Counted from the stretch's first letter, positions 28,076 to 46,543 are shown. The stretch is 64,000 bases of DNA from the human T2T-CHM13v2.0 reference genome, Homo sapiens (GCF_009914755.1 NC_060939.1); one strand, 5' to 3'. Notes: generated by a model from the letters alone, not told the origin. Numbers and translations are program-made.

Positions 28076-29542
28076 TACCATGTATCTTTTCAGACCATTT
28101 TCGCAGGTACTTATAAACATGATGTCTGTGTATGGAAATACACAGCAGAGCCATTAACATCACCCTGACTCAAGGAGCTTCCACCTGGTTCAGTTCAGTC
28201 TCCCGAAGTGCACAGGAAGGGTGTTATCCCCATCATCCACATCCCACCCAGTGTCTAGGGCTCTCTTCCTATTCATCTCGAGCTGCTGTGGTCCTGGGAT
28301 ATTGTGAGAGGGGACGTCACATGGGGCAAGTCAGATGGTCACTAGGTACAGTCACACTGCAGAACTGGCAATGCCACTCCTGTTGGGTGTTCCTAGGGCA
28401 AGGTGTAACTGTAAATCCAGGGGAGCCATCACTCCACACTGTCTGTATGAAGAGCTAGCCTGTGGTGCAGCTCTCTAGCCTGAAGGTGGTGCTTCCTAAG
28501 GTAGAGTCTAGGAGGTCTGCAGGCATGACTCAGCTCCCTCTGGGTCCTCTCGCAGAGGTCCTTTGCTGCTTTCATGAATGCCACACTGGAGCATGGAACC
28601 CTTTTGTGAAGCTGCCCCAGATCCCCTTGGTACCAACATCATCATTTTCTCTCTGGTATAAGGCACAGGCTCCGTCTGACTCAGACCAATGCACCTCTCA
28701 GTGTTTACCTTTTGAGTTCAATTCTGAATTCACGAATTTTTAAACTTTCTTCATTTTAATGTATGCATTTACAGCTATTAATGTCCTCCTAAGTACTGTT
28801 TTAACAGTATTCCCCAAGTTTTAATAGGTAGTGTTTACATTGCCATTTAGTTTTAAATATTTTATTTCTGTGAGATTTGTTCCTTGACTCATGAATTATT
28901 TAGACATGGGCTGTTACATTTTCAAATGTATGTGTTTTTTTTTCTGACACTTTTGTTTTTGATACCACTTGCATTACCTCGTTGTCAGAATACAGACTGG
29001 GTGATGCTGATTATTTGGTAATTATTAAAACTTGCTTGGAGGAATAGGATGTAGTCAATTTTTTGCAAATGTTTATATAAGTTTGAAAAGAATATTTATT
29101 CTTGAATTATTGGGTTATGATTTTTATATTTTAATTAGATCAGGCTTGTTAATATTATTGATTACATATTCTCTATTTCCTCACTTAATTTTTTGTTTGC
29201 TTGTTTTATTAATTTCTGAGAGAGGCATGTTAAAAATCTCTTATGATTTTAGACTTGTCAATTATTTCTTGTAATTCTGCTCATATTGCATTGTATATTT
29301 TTGAGGCCATGTCATAAGGTGTATACCTTTTTGGTTAAATTTTTGTTGAAGTCTAACACACGTTCAGGAAAGTACTTTCATAAAGAGAAAATACCTCTTA
29401 TGACCAGTACCCATATCAAGAAAAGAAAATTACCAGCACTCCTGCAGCATCTTCATGCTCCCTCGGAGTCACTCCTCCATCCCCACTCTCCTGACTTCTA
29501 ATATCATAGATTAGTTTTGCCTGTATTGAAACCTCATATATT

Positions 29543-31115
<1,573 letters not shown>

Positions 31116-32014
31116 TATGCTCAGCTTTGGTAGATACTGCCAAACAGTTTTTCAACATGTACCAATTTACACTTGCACCAGCCGTGAGAGTCCTCATCAA
31201 ACTCAGTATTATCTGTTTTTGGTTTTAGACATTCTGTTGGGTGTGTAGTGGTATTGCATTGTGTTTTTAATTGGCATTACCCTGACAATTAATTAAGTTG
31301 AATACTGTTGTTTCCTGTCCATTTGAAAATCCTCTTATGTAAACTGTCTTTCTCTCTTTTTCATTGGGTTGTCTTTTTCTTATTGATTTGTAGAAATTCT
31401 TCATATATTCTGGGTATGAGCTTTCTGTACAGAATGTCTTCCCTCTCTCTTCAGCTTCTCTTTTCACACTTTTTGTAGTGTCTTTTTATGAAGAGCTGTT
31501 TTTAGTTATAATGTGCTCCAATTTATCAATTTTTTCTTTATGGTTAGAACTCTTTAGGACCATATTTAAGAAATCTTTGCCCACCCTAAGATGATGAAAA
31601 TATTCTCCTATGATTTCTTGTGAAAAACATTATGATTTTACCTTTTTTATTTCCATCTACAATGCATGTGGAAGTTACTTTTGTATAAGGAGTGAGGTGG
31701 GGCCAAGATTCATTTTTTTCCCATGTGAATATCCAGTTGACCTAACACCTTTTATTGAAAAGATTATCTTTTCCCCCACTGTAAGTAAGGCCTTAGCACC
31801 TTTGTCATCAGTGAGGTGACCATATATGTATGCATTGTTTTTCCCCTTGCAGTCCGGACTCGGCTTCTGTCATCACATCTCTTTGTCTGACTCTCTTTGC
31901 TGTGTCTCTCTTCCACTTTTAAGGATCCTAGTGATCACATTGAGTCCACCCAGATAAGCCAGGATAATTTCCCCATTTTAAAGCCAGCTGAATCACAACT
32001 TTAATTCTGTCTGA

Positions 32015-32436
<422 letters not shown>

Positions 32437-33263
32437 TAGATACTAGTCCTTTGCTGGATATGTGATTTGCAAATGTTTTCTTCTATTCTGTAGCCTGTAT
32501 TTTCATCCTCATCAGGGTCTTTCACAGAGGAAGACTTTTAAAAACTTTTTGATGAGGTCAAATTTATCAAGTTTTCCTTTTATGGATCATACATTTGATG
32601 TCGTCTAAGAACTCTTTGCCTAGTCCTAGATCCTGAAGATTTTCCCCTATGTTTTTGTCTGAAAACATAGTTATATGTTTTATAGTTGCACATATATAGT
32701 TTTATAGTTGCAAGTTATACTTTTTCAGTTAATTTTTGTATAAGGTGTGAGGTTTAGATGAACCCATTGTCTGTAGATGTCCAATGTTTCCAGCACCATT
32801 TGTTAAGACTATCCTTCCTTTGTTGAATTGCTATTGCACCTTTGTTAAAAAATCAGTTGGGCATGCTTGGGTGGGTCTATTTCTGGGTTTTCTATTCAAT
32901 TCCATTGATTTTTGTATCTGTGCCTCCACCAATAACACACTGTGTTGATTATTGTAACCACATAGTAGGACTTAATATCAGGTAGAGTCGTTCCGCCTAC
33001 TTTTTTTTTTTTTTTTTTGTAAGATTGTTTTAGTTATTCTAGGGGCTATGTCTTTCCATATAAATTTTAGAATAAGCAAATCTATGTTTACAAAAGAAAG
33101 ACAAAGACATTGCATTAAACCCATAAACATTTTTACAATGTTGAACCTTTTAATCTGTGAGCACATGATATTGTCTCTCTACTTCTTTAGGTTGTCTTTG
33201 ACTTTTTTAATCAGCATTTTGTAATTTTTAGCTTGCAGATCCTGTATGAATTTTATTATGTTT

Positions 33264-33565
33264 GGCCGGGCGCGGTGACTCACACCTGTAATCCCAGCAC
33301 TTTGGGAGGCCGAGGCGGGCGGATCACGAGGTCAGGAGATCGAGACCATCCTGGCTAACATGGTGAAACCCCATCTCTACTAAAAATACAAAAAAAAAAA
33401 AAATAGCCGGGCGTGGTGGCGGGTGCCTTTAGTCGTAGCTACTCAGGAGGCTGAGGCAGGAGAATGGCATGAACCCGGGAGGCAGAGCTCGCAGTGAGCC
33501 GAGATTGCAACACTGCACTCCAGCCTGGGAGACAGAGCGACACTCTGTCTCAAAAAAAAAAAAAA
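33264..33565 (+). mobile_element. AluY
   Basis: gagatcgagaccatcctggctaac and gagaatggc diagnostics. Confidence 0.92.
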
Positions 33566-33633
33566 TTGTTATGTCCCAATTTCTTTGGGGGTGTTCATTA
33601 TTAGTATATAAAAAGTGATGATTTTTGTGTTGA

Positions 33634-33951
<318 letters not shown>

Positions 33952-34039
33952 TTGTGTTGATCTTATATCTGCAACCTTGCTGAACTAACTATTGGTTTTA
34001 AGAATTTTTAGTATTTTCCTTGGGATTCTCTAGGTGAAT

Positions 34040-34225
34040 TATTTTATTTTATTTTATTTTATTTTATTTTATTTTATTTTATTTTATTTTATTTGTTTTA
34101 TTTTATTAGACACAGGGTCTCACTACGTTGAGACCAGGCTGGTCTCGAACTCCTGGGCTCAAGTTATCCTCCCACTTTTGCCTCCCAAAGTGCTGGGATT
34201 ACAAGTGAGAGGCACCACACCAAGC
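34040..34225 (-). mobile_element. Alu monomer with (ATTTT)n tail
   Basis: Left-arm antisense match. Confidence 0.8.
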
Positions 34226-34428
34226 AAGATGTTTTAAATGTTATTTTTATAACCAATCCTTATTTTTATTTATTCACATGATCATGTCTTCATTATCACT
34301 CCTAATGTTGTTTTTTATGTCTCCTCTCTTTTTTTCTGTTAAGATTCCCAAGCTGTGGTCTTTTCACAAAACACCTAGCTTTTATTTTTATTAATCAACT
34401 CTACATCTTTTTCTGTCTAGTTCATTAA

Positions 34429-34730
<302 letters not shown>

Positions 34731-35211
34731 CTAGTTCATTAATCTCTGATTTTTATCTTTACCAGTATTTTTATTTCTACTTTCTTTGGATTTATTTATT
34801 TTTCTTTTTTCTAGCTTTTTGAGTTGAGACCTTAGTTAATTTTTTAAACATTTATTGCTTTTGGGTGAATCCATTGGTTATAGATCCCCTGCATATTGTT
34901 TTGGATGAATACTGCAAGTTTTACTATGTAATGTTTTAAGTGTTCTTGTAAAAGTTTGCATCTCAGTATGATGATGAAAAAGTTCTAGAGATGGATGGAT
35001 GGATGATTAACTACAATATGAATGAATGTAATGCCACTGAACTGTACACTTAAAAGTGGTGAAAATGTTATGTTACGTATATTTTACCACAATGAAAAGT
35101 TTGTAATTCTTGTTTGAGTTATTTCTTTAACCCAATAATATTTATATACATATTTAAAACTTTTCAGGATCATTTTGTGGTTGCTGTTGCTGTTGCTCTT
35201 GTTTTATTTGA

Positions 35212-35539
<328 letters not shown>

Positions 35540-35979
35540 TATTCTTTTTTCAGCCCTAATTTTATTACATGTGACTTGTGAAGGTGTCATGTATGACTTC
35601 TGTTTTTTGAGTTTTATTGATTTCTTTTGTGAGCTAGTACATGTTTAATTTTTTTTTGAAAATTTTGTGTGTGCTTGAAGAGAATATGTATTTTCTTATT
35701 GGGTAAGATATTTTAGATTACTTTTAAGATCAAGTTCCTTAATTTTTATCAAACCATTCATATCCTTACTTATTTTCTATCTGACCTGTGGACTTCTGAG
35801 AGGTGTATTAGAAATCTCCTAATTTGATTTGAGATTTGTTTTCTCTTTATATTTCTGTCAAAGCTATATTAGTAGATGCATGAATGTTTGTGCCTATTAT
35901 ATCTTCTTGGTGAACTATCCTATGTTTTAATATGAGTAGCCTCCTTGTTCTTGTTCTTTTTATTGTGTTTTGCCTTGAC

Positions 35980-36289
35980 TTTCTCTTTTTTCTTTTTTTT
36001 TTTGAGACAGGATCTCACTCTGTCACCCAGGCTGGAGTATAGTGGCATAATCTCAGCTCACTACAACCTCTGCCTCCCAGGCTCATTTGATCCTCCTGCC
36101 TCAACCTCTCAAGTAGTTAGAAGTACAGACATGCACCACCATGCCTGGCTAAATTTTGTTGCGGTTTTTGTAGAGATGAGGTTTCACCATGTTGTCCAGG
36201 CTGGTCTTGAACTCCCAGACTCAAGTGATCCTCCCGCCTCAGTCTCCCAAAGTGCTGGGATTACAGGCCTAAGCCACCACACCCGGTCC
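35980..36289 (-). mobile_element. AluJ-like
   Basis: Antisense Alu. Confidence 0.88.
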
Positions 36290-37386
36290 TGAATTTATTT
36301 TTCTAATATTAATATTCTCACTCCCACTTTCTTTTTAAAAATATATTCCTAATATATCTTTTTCTAGTGTTAGAATTCATTTTTAATTAATAATTCTCTA
36401 AGGTTTATAATGAGAAAACAGTCCCATACTTTATCTCTGATTCCAGTTCCTAGTGCTTTCCCTTCCACTTTGAACTTTTTCAGTTTTTTCTGCTGTTTCC
36501 TACCATATTAAAAAATAACATGCTTTCCTGTTATTTTTTCAATTTTATGTATCACCTATTGACTTCCTATGGAGGTTGAATAAATTCGTTCTTTCACAAA
36601 GACACAAACACACTCAACTTTCCTTTCATCCTTCCAATATGATTAAATTGCAACTTTTGCTGAAATGATTGTTCCAATGTTTACATTATAATAATTATGC
36701 AAACACAGTTCACAGCTGATCCATGTACTGAATTCTGTTTTTATTTCTTTTCTCATACAACCTTTCTTCTCCCGCGGTTGATAATTACCTTGTTTTTTGT
36801 TTTTTTGTTTTTTTATTTGTTATTTTCTTAGTTTCTATTACGATATCCTAAAATTTATTGCAGAAGTATAAATTTCCCCTCAATATGTTTTAAAAATTAG
36901 ATATTTGATCAGTTTCTTTTTCTTTCTTGGAGACACTCCCAGAGCTCCCCATCCTTCTGCTCCCATCCTGGCTGCTGAAGGCCTGATGCACAGCTGTCAT
37001 CCTGGGACTTCCGTGCACCATCATCCCTGTTTCCGGATCCTCTGTCTTCCTCTTCTTGGTTTATTCTCTCTTTTTGATGGAGCACATTCTCTAGAGAAGC
37101 AAGAGAGGATCTTGATCTTGTGAGGCCTAAAATTATGCAATTATACAGAATCACAAATGGAAAATTAGACATCAAAGAAATGTGGGAAAAGAAATCACAA
37201 CAAACTGCAGTTTTTGAAAATGGTGACAATTACCACAAACCACAAAATCCAGGAAAGTAGTCGAACATTAAACTACATGACATTGCTTTATAATGATTTT
37301 CTCCTGAACTTTTAGTTGTATCTCTGAAGACCTTTGTATCAGTTGACCTTCAATCAAAAGCAGAAGCAGATCCTGCTAGAAGGATA

Positions 37387-37390
<4 letters not shown>

Positions 37391-37428
<38 letters not shown>

Positions 37429-37430
37429 TC
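37391..37430. repeat. (TC)n microsatellite
   Basis: Dinucleotide run. Confidence 0.95.
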
Positions 37431-37876
37431 TTTAAATGGATTTGCTGTAGGGCTTCAACATTACACAATTGTGGAAGCTGACTAAGCATGCTTTGTAAGG
37501 CTGTTACCTTGCATCTGATGCTGGAGTTTGAAGTCTGCAGGGCAGGCAGGGTGGAAAGGAAGAGGGAAATAAAACTCCAGGGAGAGCAAGAACAAGCTAG
37601 AGTCCAAGAACATGAGGTGGAACCTATAAGGACAGAGCAGAACTGTCTCCAACCTTGATGATGTGGGTGTCTTGTGGGAGAAGCTGGTGCCCTGCCTCGC
37701 AGAGCTTAACACACACCTGGGCCAGGAGTCAGAGCAACTGAAAGAGGATCAGGAGAAGTTGGAGGAGGTACAAGCCCAGCTGCTGCCCCATGCCCAAGAG
37801 GTCAGCCAGCAGGTAAGCAACCAAATGGCTGCTGCCTGTCTTCCACCCTCTAAATCACCTTCAAAAATGTCTCTGT

Positions 37877-38187
37877 GGCTGGGCGCGGTGGCTCACGCTT
37901 GTAATCCCAGCACCTTGGGAGGCCGAGGAGGGCGGATTGCTTGAGGTCAGGAGTTTGAGACCAGCCTGGCCAACATGGCAAAACCCCGTCTCTGCTAAAA
38001 ATACGAAAATCAGCCAGGCATGGTGATGCACACCTGTAGTCCCAGCTACTCAGGAGGCTGAGGCACGAGAATTGCTCGAACCTGGGAGGCGGAGGTTGCA
38101 GTGAGCCAAGATCAAGCCCTGCACTCGAGCCTGAGCCACAAGATGGGACTCCATCCCCAAAAAAAAAAAAAAAAAAAAAAAAAAGAA
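37877..38187 (+). mobile_element. AluS
   Basis: Dimeric Alu with A tail. Confidence 0.9.
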
Positions 38188-38784
38188 ATATCGTGTGGCC
38201 ACCCTACTTGGAAACATTCCAGAAAGGCAATTCTGAAAAAAACAGTTCAGCCTAGCCAAGTTAACATAGTACAAAGCCACTGTGCTTCTTCTTAATGGTA
38301 ATGGTTTGTAATAATTTCCAGAAAGAAAAATAAAAAGACAATTCAGTATTTTCTTCAGTATGTTTGATCAAAATTTGTTTTTTATTATTGGTGATCTTGA
38401 AGTTATAATACTATTGCAGTTTTGTGTCCCACAGACATAGGGATTCTGATAAATTCGATTTCATGTGATTCTCACTCAAAAATAAAAAAAAAAAAGTGCC
38501 CTGACAATTAATAGTTTTGCTGGACGTAGAATTCTAGGTTTGAAACTATTTTCCCTTAGAATGTTGAAGGTGTTGGTCTATTTTGCAATGTTGAATACAT
38601 TATTGACAGGAGAGACTGCTGGCTTTGACTAAACGTTAATGAGAACTGAGTACTCTCCTCGCAAATTTCTATATCTAATGGGAAGGGTTTTCCCTAGCCA
38701 AGCTTTTTGGCTCTGTACATCTCAAAATTTGTTTTTTCTCTACTACCCAGCTGCTTCATTGCCAAATGCCTTAGAACAAGTTCA

Positions 38785-39088
38785 TTTTTGTTTTGTTTTG
38801 TTTTTGAGACAAGGTCTTGCTCTGTTGTCCTGGCTGGAGTACAGTGACATGAACACAGCTGACTACAGCCTCGACCTCCCAGTCTCAAGCAATCCTCCTG
38901 CCTCAGCCTTCCAAGTAGCTAGGACTACAGGTGCACGCCACCACACCTACCTAATTTTTGTATTTTTTGTAGAGATGAGGTCTTACTATGTTGTTCAAGC
39001 TGGTTTCTTAACGCCTGGCCTCAAGTGATCCTCCCACCTTGGCCTCCCAAAGTGCTGGGATTATAGATGTGAGCCACCATGCCAGCCC
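38785..39088 (-). mobile_element. AluJ-like
   Basis: Antisense Alu. Confidence 0.88.
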
Positions 39089-39099
39089 AAGTTCATATT

Positions 39100-39452
39100 G
39101 TGATACATTTGACCCTGACCTTTCATGTCACAATGCCTGTGAGTCAGCCCAGTGGACAGCAAGAGTATTCCTAAATGGTCATTTTTACAATAGGACAACT
39201 ACCACATGGAAGAGAACTGAGGCGCCCCAGTCAAGACAATTACTGACCCCCAGACATGCACGGGGGACATCCTGGAGTCTCCAGCTCTGGCTGAGCTGTC
39301 AGCTGACAGCAACCACATGAGTGCTCCCAACAAGATCAGCAGAAGAACCACACAGATACCAGCCTACAGGACTATGAAAAATGATCAATCATCTTCATCT
39401 TAAACCATTAAGTTTTAGAGTGGTTTGTCATGTAGCAATAGATAACTGAACA
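39100..39452 (+). mobile_element. MLT1 LTR 3' part
   Basis: Typical MLT1 end ttttagagtggtttgtcatgtagcaatagataactgaaca. Confidence 0.65.
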
Positions 39453-40039
39453 CTTGTAAATCATCTAACTGGATTTTCAAAAACCCAATTTGAATGTCTT
39501 TCCTTTAATTTATAACAACTTATTCATAATTTCTTATACTTAATGATATGTTTGGGTTGATTCCTGACACTTTGAGTTTTCTATCGGCCATGCTTTTTTG
39601 CCTCCCACCCCCATTTGTGCCCTTTGTTAGATAGGTCAGGTTTTATTTATGGTATTTTTCTTCTTACAGTCAGGAAGTTATAAATCCTATTTCCATTCTT
39701 CGGGCTTTTCTATTCAAGAAACAAAGGAATATATCTGTTTCTTCATCTTTCTTTGGCGATTGGGTGTGCTTCGGGTTTAATTAGGTTGAATTTTACCCAT
39801 CAGAAGGAAGCTACTGTTCGTGGCCTAGAAAACGATAAAGTATAGAGTAAGGCAATCAAAATCACCACAGGAAAGGAGCCCTGTGGGTCTGTCTGTGTGT
39901 GGATGTGTGAGCGGATGGTTATTAGAAAATGGTTGAGGAATGCAGCTCATCAGCTGAGGCTCGGTGCTCATCAGCCACCCATCTGACACTCATCAAAAGC
40001 ATCGGTTGCTGGAGATTGACCAGGTGTCCGCAGCGGCCT

Positions 40040-40426
40040 GTTTCTTACCGTCTGCTTTGGCTTGGCCAAGGTTTAGGCAGCTTCTCTCTTTCCTCCAGGC
40101 TTCTGAGGTCTGCTTTCCTCCAAGCCTGAGCAAGCATAACAGAAAGTGGATTGTGACCCCTTATCAGCTCCTCCTGGGAATCGGCTGACCCTGTCTTTCC
40201 TAGGCACACTCCCGCCAGACCCCACCCCTTGTGTGCCCAGCTTCCCTTCCAAACGTTTGCTTACCTCTGCTTGTCCTCTCTTTACCCTGTGAAAGAAAAA
40301 GTTATTTCTGTTTGATTTTGAGACACTCACAGATTTCTGAGATGGGAGAGTTCTCCATATTGCAATCGTCTTTCTAATTAAAGCCTCTCCCTCCCTCTCT
40401 AATTCTGGATTTGTTTTTATTTGACA
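40040..40426 (+). mobile_element. Old ERV1-class LTR relic
   Basis: Ends in ...attaaagcctctcc...tttgtttttatttgaca (poly(A)-like signal, U5 and TG..CA-type end). Family uncertain. Confidence 0.4.
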
Positions 40427-42318
40427 AAATATAGTCACCATTTTCTGGGGATGAAAACTTAGTCAATATCAGAAACCTGACTGCAGTCAGGAATAGAGCT
40501 CATTCACCTTTCTTCCCTAGAACTTAGACTGTGCTTGAGGCATAGTGGGTACTTCTTTATGTGTTTTATGAATGAATGAATGAATGAACGAACAGATGCT
40601 GAACTCAGGAGACAGAGAAGGAAGCTGGGAGAGCTGGTGTCTGGCCTCTGCTTGCTCCAGGAGCTATGTTCTCCCTGTTCACAGCTATAGCTGCCAGGGA
40701 TTCTGGAAACACATCCTGCTGCCATGGAAATGAATGCAGTCACAGAGTGGGAACAGTTAAGTTACTTTTCTGAGAGAGTTACATCATTTAGAAGCAGATC
40801 TCTAAAAGTCCTTGCTCCTGCAGGAGTTGGTGACTGAGTGGCAGTAATTGTGTTCACATGGTTAACTATGACAGTGTCACATGAAGCTCAAATAATGGGT
40901 TGGAAACGCACAAATGATTGCTAGTTGCTTGAGCTCTCTGCTAGCCCTTGCCTTGCTCTCTCCATATTTACTTTCTCCAGCTTGCAACTGGATATACAGA
41001 CGTGTCTCTGCAGCAGCCTGGCCCACCCTATTGACTGAGGCAGGAAGTTGATCTGCGGGTTGCAGCTGCTCTTGAGGAAGCTGAGTCTACTAAAATCTGT
41101 TCACCCTTTCCCTGACACTGCTGCTGAGGCCGGTCCCCATCCCCGGCAGCTTCGCTGGGCCTTGTTTATCTTTTCATCACTCTTGACTGGCTCTGGCCTA
41201 TTTCTGGATCTCATGTCTGTCCTCTGACAAACCCTGCCTCTCTGCCAGCTTTCTGGAATCTGTCAATCTGAGAGGCATGGGAAAACGACATTGCCCAACA
41301 GAACCAGCATCTCAATGTGGCAAAAATAGACTCATCCAAAGCAATCTGGGCATACACTAATGTCCCCAGCACTGAACATCCCCAATCACTGGTTTCCCCC
41401 ATCTGATTAATTTTTTCCCCATAGAGAGGTTTTGCAAACATTTATGCATCTTTAAGCATTTTAGTGATCTGATTTTCTTAATTTTGATGGATTTTTCTTT
41501 TTTTCTTTACCTAAAAATATCATTTGAATCCATTTTCAGCTGATTATTCCTTTTTTTCTGTTTGTAATAGCAACGAGCTAGAAACAAGGTAATTATCCAA
41601 CAATAAAAGACATTTTCCCTCCACTTTGTGTGCTCTTTGATGCTCATGCTGCAGGCCGAGGGTCACTTATATCCTCCCACTGGCCTTATTGCTGGCTAAC
41701 CCGTGACCCGGTAGCCTAGCCCTCTGTCTTTCCTGGGAATCTCTTCCAACCAGCTGACCTCTGCCTGGTCCTTCTTAGTTTGACAGAGCACCTGTTTGTT
41801 CCTAGGGTGCCGAATGGAGCACTGTCCTTCTCCTGGATAACTGATGACAAAGATGCATCCAACCTGCACACGCAACATGCTCCCTCTTCCATGAATGCCG
41901 GTTGCACCCGATGATCTGCGCCTGCTCACTCTACCTGCCTCCCTGCCCAGGGCAGAGAACTGAGGATGTTATGTTAGTGAAATCCTCAGATCACTCACAG
42001 CGCAGAACACTCCCCAACTTCTCTCCATCATGTGTCAGGCCCAGAAGCAGTTACAATCATTACAACATCACCTCCCACCTTTCCATCTACACGGTTGAAC
42101 AGCTGTGCATTAGTCTAGAAAAGTCACCCTGAAAACTGGCTCTAGTTTGGGGAGGTGACATGCTCTTGCTTTGTCCCCAGAGATGTTCTTCTGTTGTCCT
42201 TGCAGTGCAGGGAGTACCTCCTGGGCTGTGTGCAGCAGCCCTGCCTGAGGTAGGGGAGTGCTGTTCACTAATATAGATCTGAATCTCACCAGTCTAGGAG
42301 GGGACAGGTACTTCTAAG

Positions 42319-42354
42319 TCAATCAATCAATCAATCAATCATCAGTCAATCAAT
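42319..42354. repeat. (TCAA)n
   Basis: Tetranucleotide run. Confidence 0.9.
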
Positions 42355-44018
42355 CTTTCAAGTTTTCTCATCTTCCAAAAAGACACTAATGCCCAGTTGA
42401 AAGTGGTAGCCACTCAATTCACCTGGGCTTATCACACAAACAAACTCTCGTTATCATATTTTTTCCTTGATGCTGTATGAAACTGAGTGAAGTCACATTT
42501 CCTGATTCAGAAGTTGCAACTGAAATGGCCCAAGTGGGAACAAAAGGGGAAATTTTGATAACAGATGGGTTGACCCTTTATGGTATAGAGCTGATTCTGA
42601 GAACTACTCCAACAAGCATGCATTCTAAACTCTATCAAGCAATGTGTGGAATCACGGCAACAAAAACATGTTCTCCCTAGCTCTTAAGTATTTTTTATTT
42701 GGAAAATGGAGTTTCAAGTTGTTTTCCTGACTTCTATGAAGATTGTGATGAAATTGCAGAATATATAAAACAAAAGATTGTTGATATTGTGTTCAAATGC
42801 AAACTAGACTGCTCATCTATCTGCATATTTGGCAAATGGTGCAAATGTAAATATTGGAAAATTCCATTCAGTCTATAAACTTACCAAAGGAAATTTTAAA
42901 AATTTCCTGCTAAACGTCCTGACCCCTCTGTACCTTTTACATAACACTGCTAAAAAGAGGTATGATTTGCCTACTGTGACATTGACAGTTTCATAATGAC
43001 ATTTTTGGTTAGTTTTCAGTTTCCTCAAAGCATGCAGAGGCGCTTTATGAGATTTTTGATTTTTATGGGCGTGGTAGGAGATAGCCTTCTTAGACATGCC
43101 TACAAGATGTCTTGCAGAAAAGATGTTAGCATGTTGGCCTACTATAAAATCATATTTTCAAAGTGTAGGATGAGAAGAATGTCCTTCACTACTTTGGAAA
43201 TACATTGAGGATGAGAACAGAGAAAAGGATTACTGTAAAATGGAAATTTATATGCCGTTTCTCCAAGACTGTTTCATAATCTTTAAAAAAGCTACAGAAA
43301 AGGATGAACTAAGTGCATCTAACTCGTTCCATTTAGGTGTAGGTTGTGACAAAAACTCATCTAGTGAACAAATGACTCATTTCTTGGAAATAAGACTGCT
43401 TTGAAACTTAAAAAATTATCACTAGGAAAGGACAGCCAAGTTAAACAGGATTTTCTCAATTTCTTTACTAAAACTGTAACTTATTTGGAATCCAGCTTCA
43501 ATTTCACAAGTTCAAAGTACCTCCCTGCTTTGAAACCATTTTTTCCAGAGAAAAGAGGCTTACCTTATGATGACATCCAATGTGCTTTGAAGTGTTTTAG
43601 AATGACAGACATTTTAGACATCGATAGCCTGTGTGATTAATTTATTGAAGCAAAAGAACTGATTGACGAACAGCTGGCCTACCAAAACAAGCCCATAGAT
43701 ACAGGGGATGGACATTTATGGAGAGGTGGAAATTAACTCCTACAAGTCTAAAAACCTGCTGTTGCTAGTAAATAAAAGCCTAGGTACTCCATGCCCTCAC
43801 ACAGTATTGTTGAGAAGCTATTTAGCATTGTGTTATCACATCAGACTGACACTAGAAATCAGTGTAATGTGGGCTTGAGAAGAGCAGAGCCGCAGGCCAA
43901 AGTGAATGTTATACTTATCTCCATTCAGTTTTATCATTGCATAAAAGAAAGGATGGGTGTCATAAATGCCACAGGCAATTCAGAGAACTATTATTAAGAC
44001 AGGAAGCTGAAAGAATAA

Positions 44019-44102
44019 AAGGCATCTTACTGTAGCATGGGACAGAAGGAAACTGACATTAAGGCATCTTACTTTAGCATGGGACAGGAGGAAACTGACA
44101 TT
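44019..44102. repeat. 42-bp tandem duplication (2 mismatches)
   Basis: aaggcatcttactgtagcatgggacagaaggaaactgacatt followed by aaggcatcttactttagcatgggacaggaggaaactgacatt. Confidence 0.92.
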
Positions 44103-44182
44103 TTTAAAAAATCAAATATATGAAATACCTGTTTCATCATTCCTATTCTATTTTCATTTTCCTTTTTAATTTTTTGCCTTCC

Positions 44183-44650
44183 TTTTTTTTATTCTTTTCC
44201 AACTTTTAAGTTTAGGGGTTCATGTGCAGGATGTTCAGGTTTGTTACACAGGTAAACGTTTGTCATGGTGGTTTGCTGCACTGATCATCCCATCATCTCA
44301 GTATTAAGCCAGCCCAGCATCTATTAGCTATTCTTCCTGATGTTCTCCTTTCTCCCACCCCTACCCTCTGACAGGCCCCATTGTGTGTTGTTCCCCCGAT
44401 GTTTCCATGTGTTCCCATCATTCAGCTCCCACTTATAAGTGAGAACATGCAGTGTTTGGTTTTCTGCTCCTGTGTTAGTTTGCTGAGGATAAAGGCTTCC
44501 AATACCATCCATGACCCTGCAAAGGACATGATCTCATTCCTTTTTATGGCTGCATAGTATTCCATGGTCTATATGTGCCACATTTTCTTTATCCAGTCTA
44601 TCATTGATGGGTATTTAGGTTGATTCCATGTCTTTGCTATCGTGAATAGT
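44183..44650 (-). mobile_element. L1PA/PB 3' end fragment inserted in the hAT element
   Basis: catgtgcaggatgttcaggtttgttacacaggtaaac...cccacttataagtgagaacatg...ggctgcatagtattccatgg. Confidence 0.85.
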
Positions 44651-45083
44651 TACGTTTTCCTTTTTAGAAGTCTTATGTTTATATATCTTAATAATATAAA
44701 ATAAATAGCCTATAAACCTTAAATATTCAATAAGGACTTTTAAAAAGTTAAAAACAAATTGCCATATACAAGGATAAAAACAGTGTAAAAATATTGTTTT
44801 ATTTTTTCACACATATTTAATTGGTCTTACTATTAATTGTCACTACTTGTTATTAACTAGTCCTATTGTCTGGTTTAAATAACATTTATATAACAGAAAG
44901 GTAAATAAATCAGAATATATAATTTCAAATAAGCACCTATCTTCCATATTTTATGGTAATATTTTAAAATCAATGGCACATCCGTGTATAATTATTTATT
45001 ATATATGGTATTATGGCTTTTGTATTCGTCTGGCATGGCATGGCATGGCTGTGTCCCGGGTTGTCTTTCTAAAATATTGGTGA

Positions 45084-45473
<390 letters not shown>

Positions 45474-46136
45474 TAGCTCAATCCTTTAGACTGCCGAGTG
45501 GTGTTCCATTGTATGGATACAATGAGCCCCTGGTGGTGGTGGTGGTGGTGGTGTTTTTATCCATTCACTAGCTGATGGATATTTGGGTTGTTTCCAGTTC
45601 TTGGTGATTATAAACATGTGCATAAAGGTTCTTGTGTGCACATTTTTATTTTTCTTGGGTAACTGCCTAAGTGCAGAATTCGTGGGTTATATTATGAATG
45701 TATGTTTTACTATGTGAGGAACTCCCAATTATCTTCCCAAGTGGCTGAACCATTTTTGCATTCCCACCAGCAGTGTATGAGCTGCTTTGCATGCTAGTTA
45801 GCACTTGATAATTTGTTTCATTTTTAAAAATTTTCAGCTATTCTAATAGATGTGTAGTGGTATTTTCTTATTTTAAAATTTTATAGCAGTCATTTTGATT
45901 GGCATTCACAACTGCCTCAGAGGGAACCAAGACAAAAAGAAAACATAAAGAAAGAAAATTCTGCCTGTGGAGCGGAAGAATGGGAACAGGTGCGGAAAGG
46001 GTCCCAGGAATGGGTATGACATTGAGCATATTCTGGGTAAAAAATCAGCTTTGGCTGAGGAAAAGTGCCCCAGGGAGGTGGGGGGTTATGTCAACCAGAC
46101 TGCCCCCTCTCCCAGAGCTCAGACCCAGGGCTCTGA

Positions 46137-46543
<407 letters not shown>

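Larger units (their letters stand above)
37335..38285 (-). mobile_element. Old ERVL-class LTR (MLT2-like) with internal (CT)n and an Alu insertion
   Basis: cctagccaagttaacatagtacaaagcca terminus and an internal dinucleotide tract typical of MLT2-like LTRs. Confidence 0.45.

Noticed and set aside
37663-37944. Coiled-coil-looking 93-aa ORF (EQLKEDQEKLEEVQAQL)
   Set aside because: It lies within an old LTR and ends in Alu sequence; chance composition.
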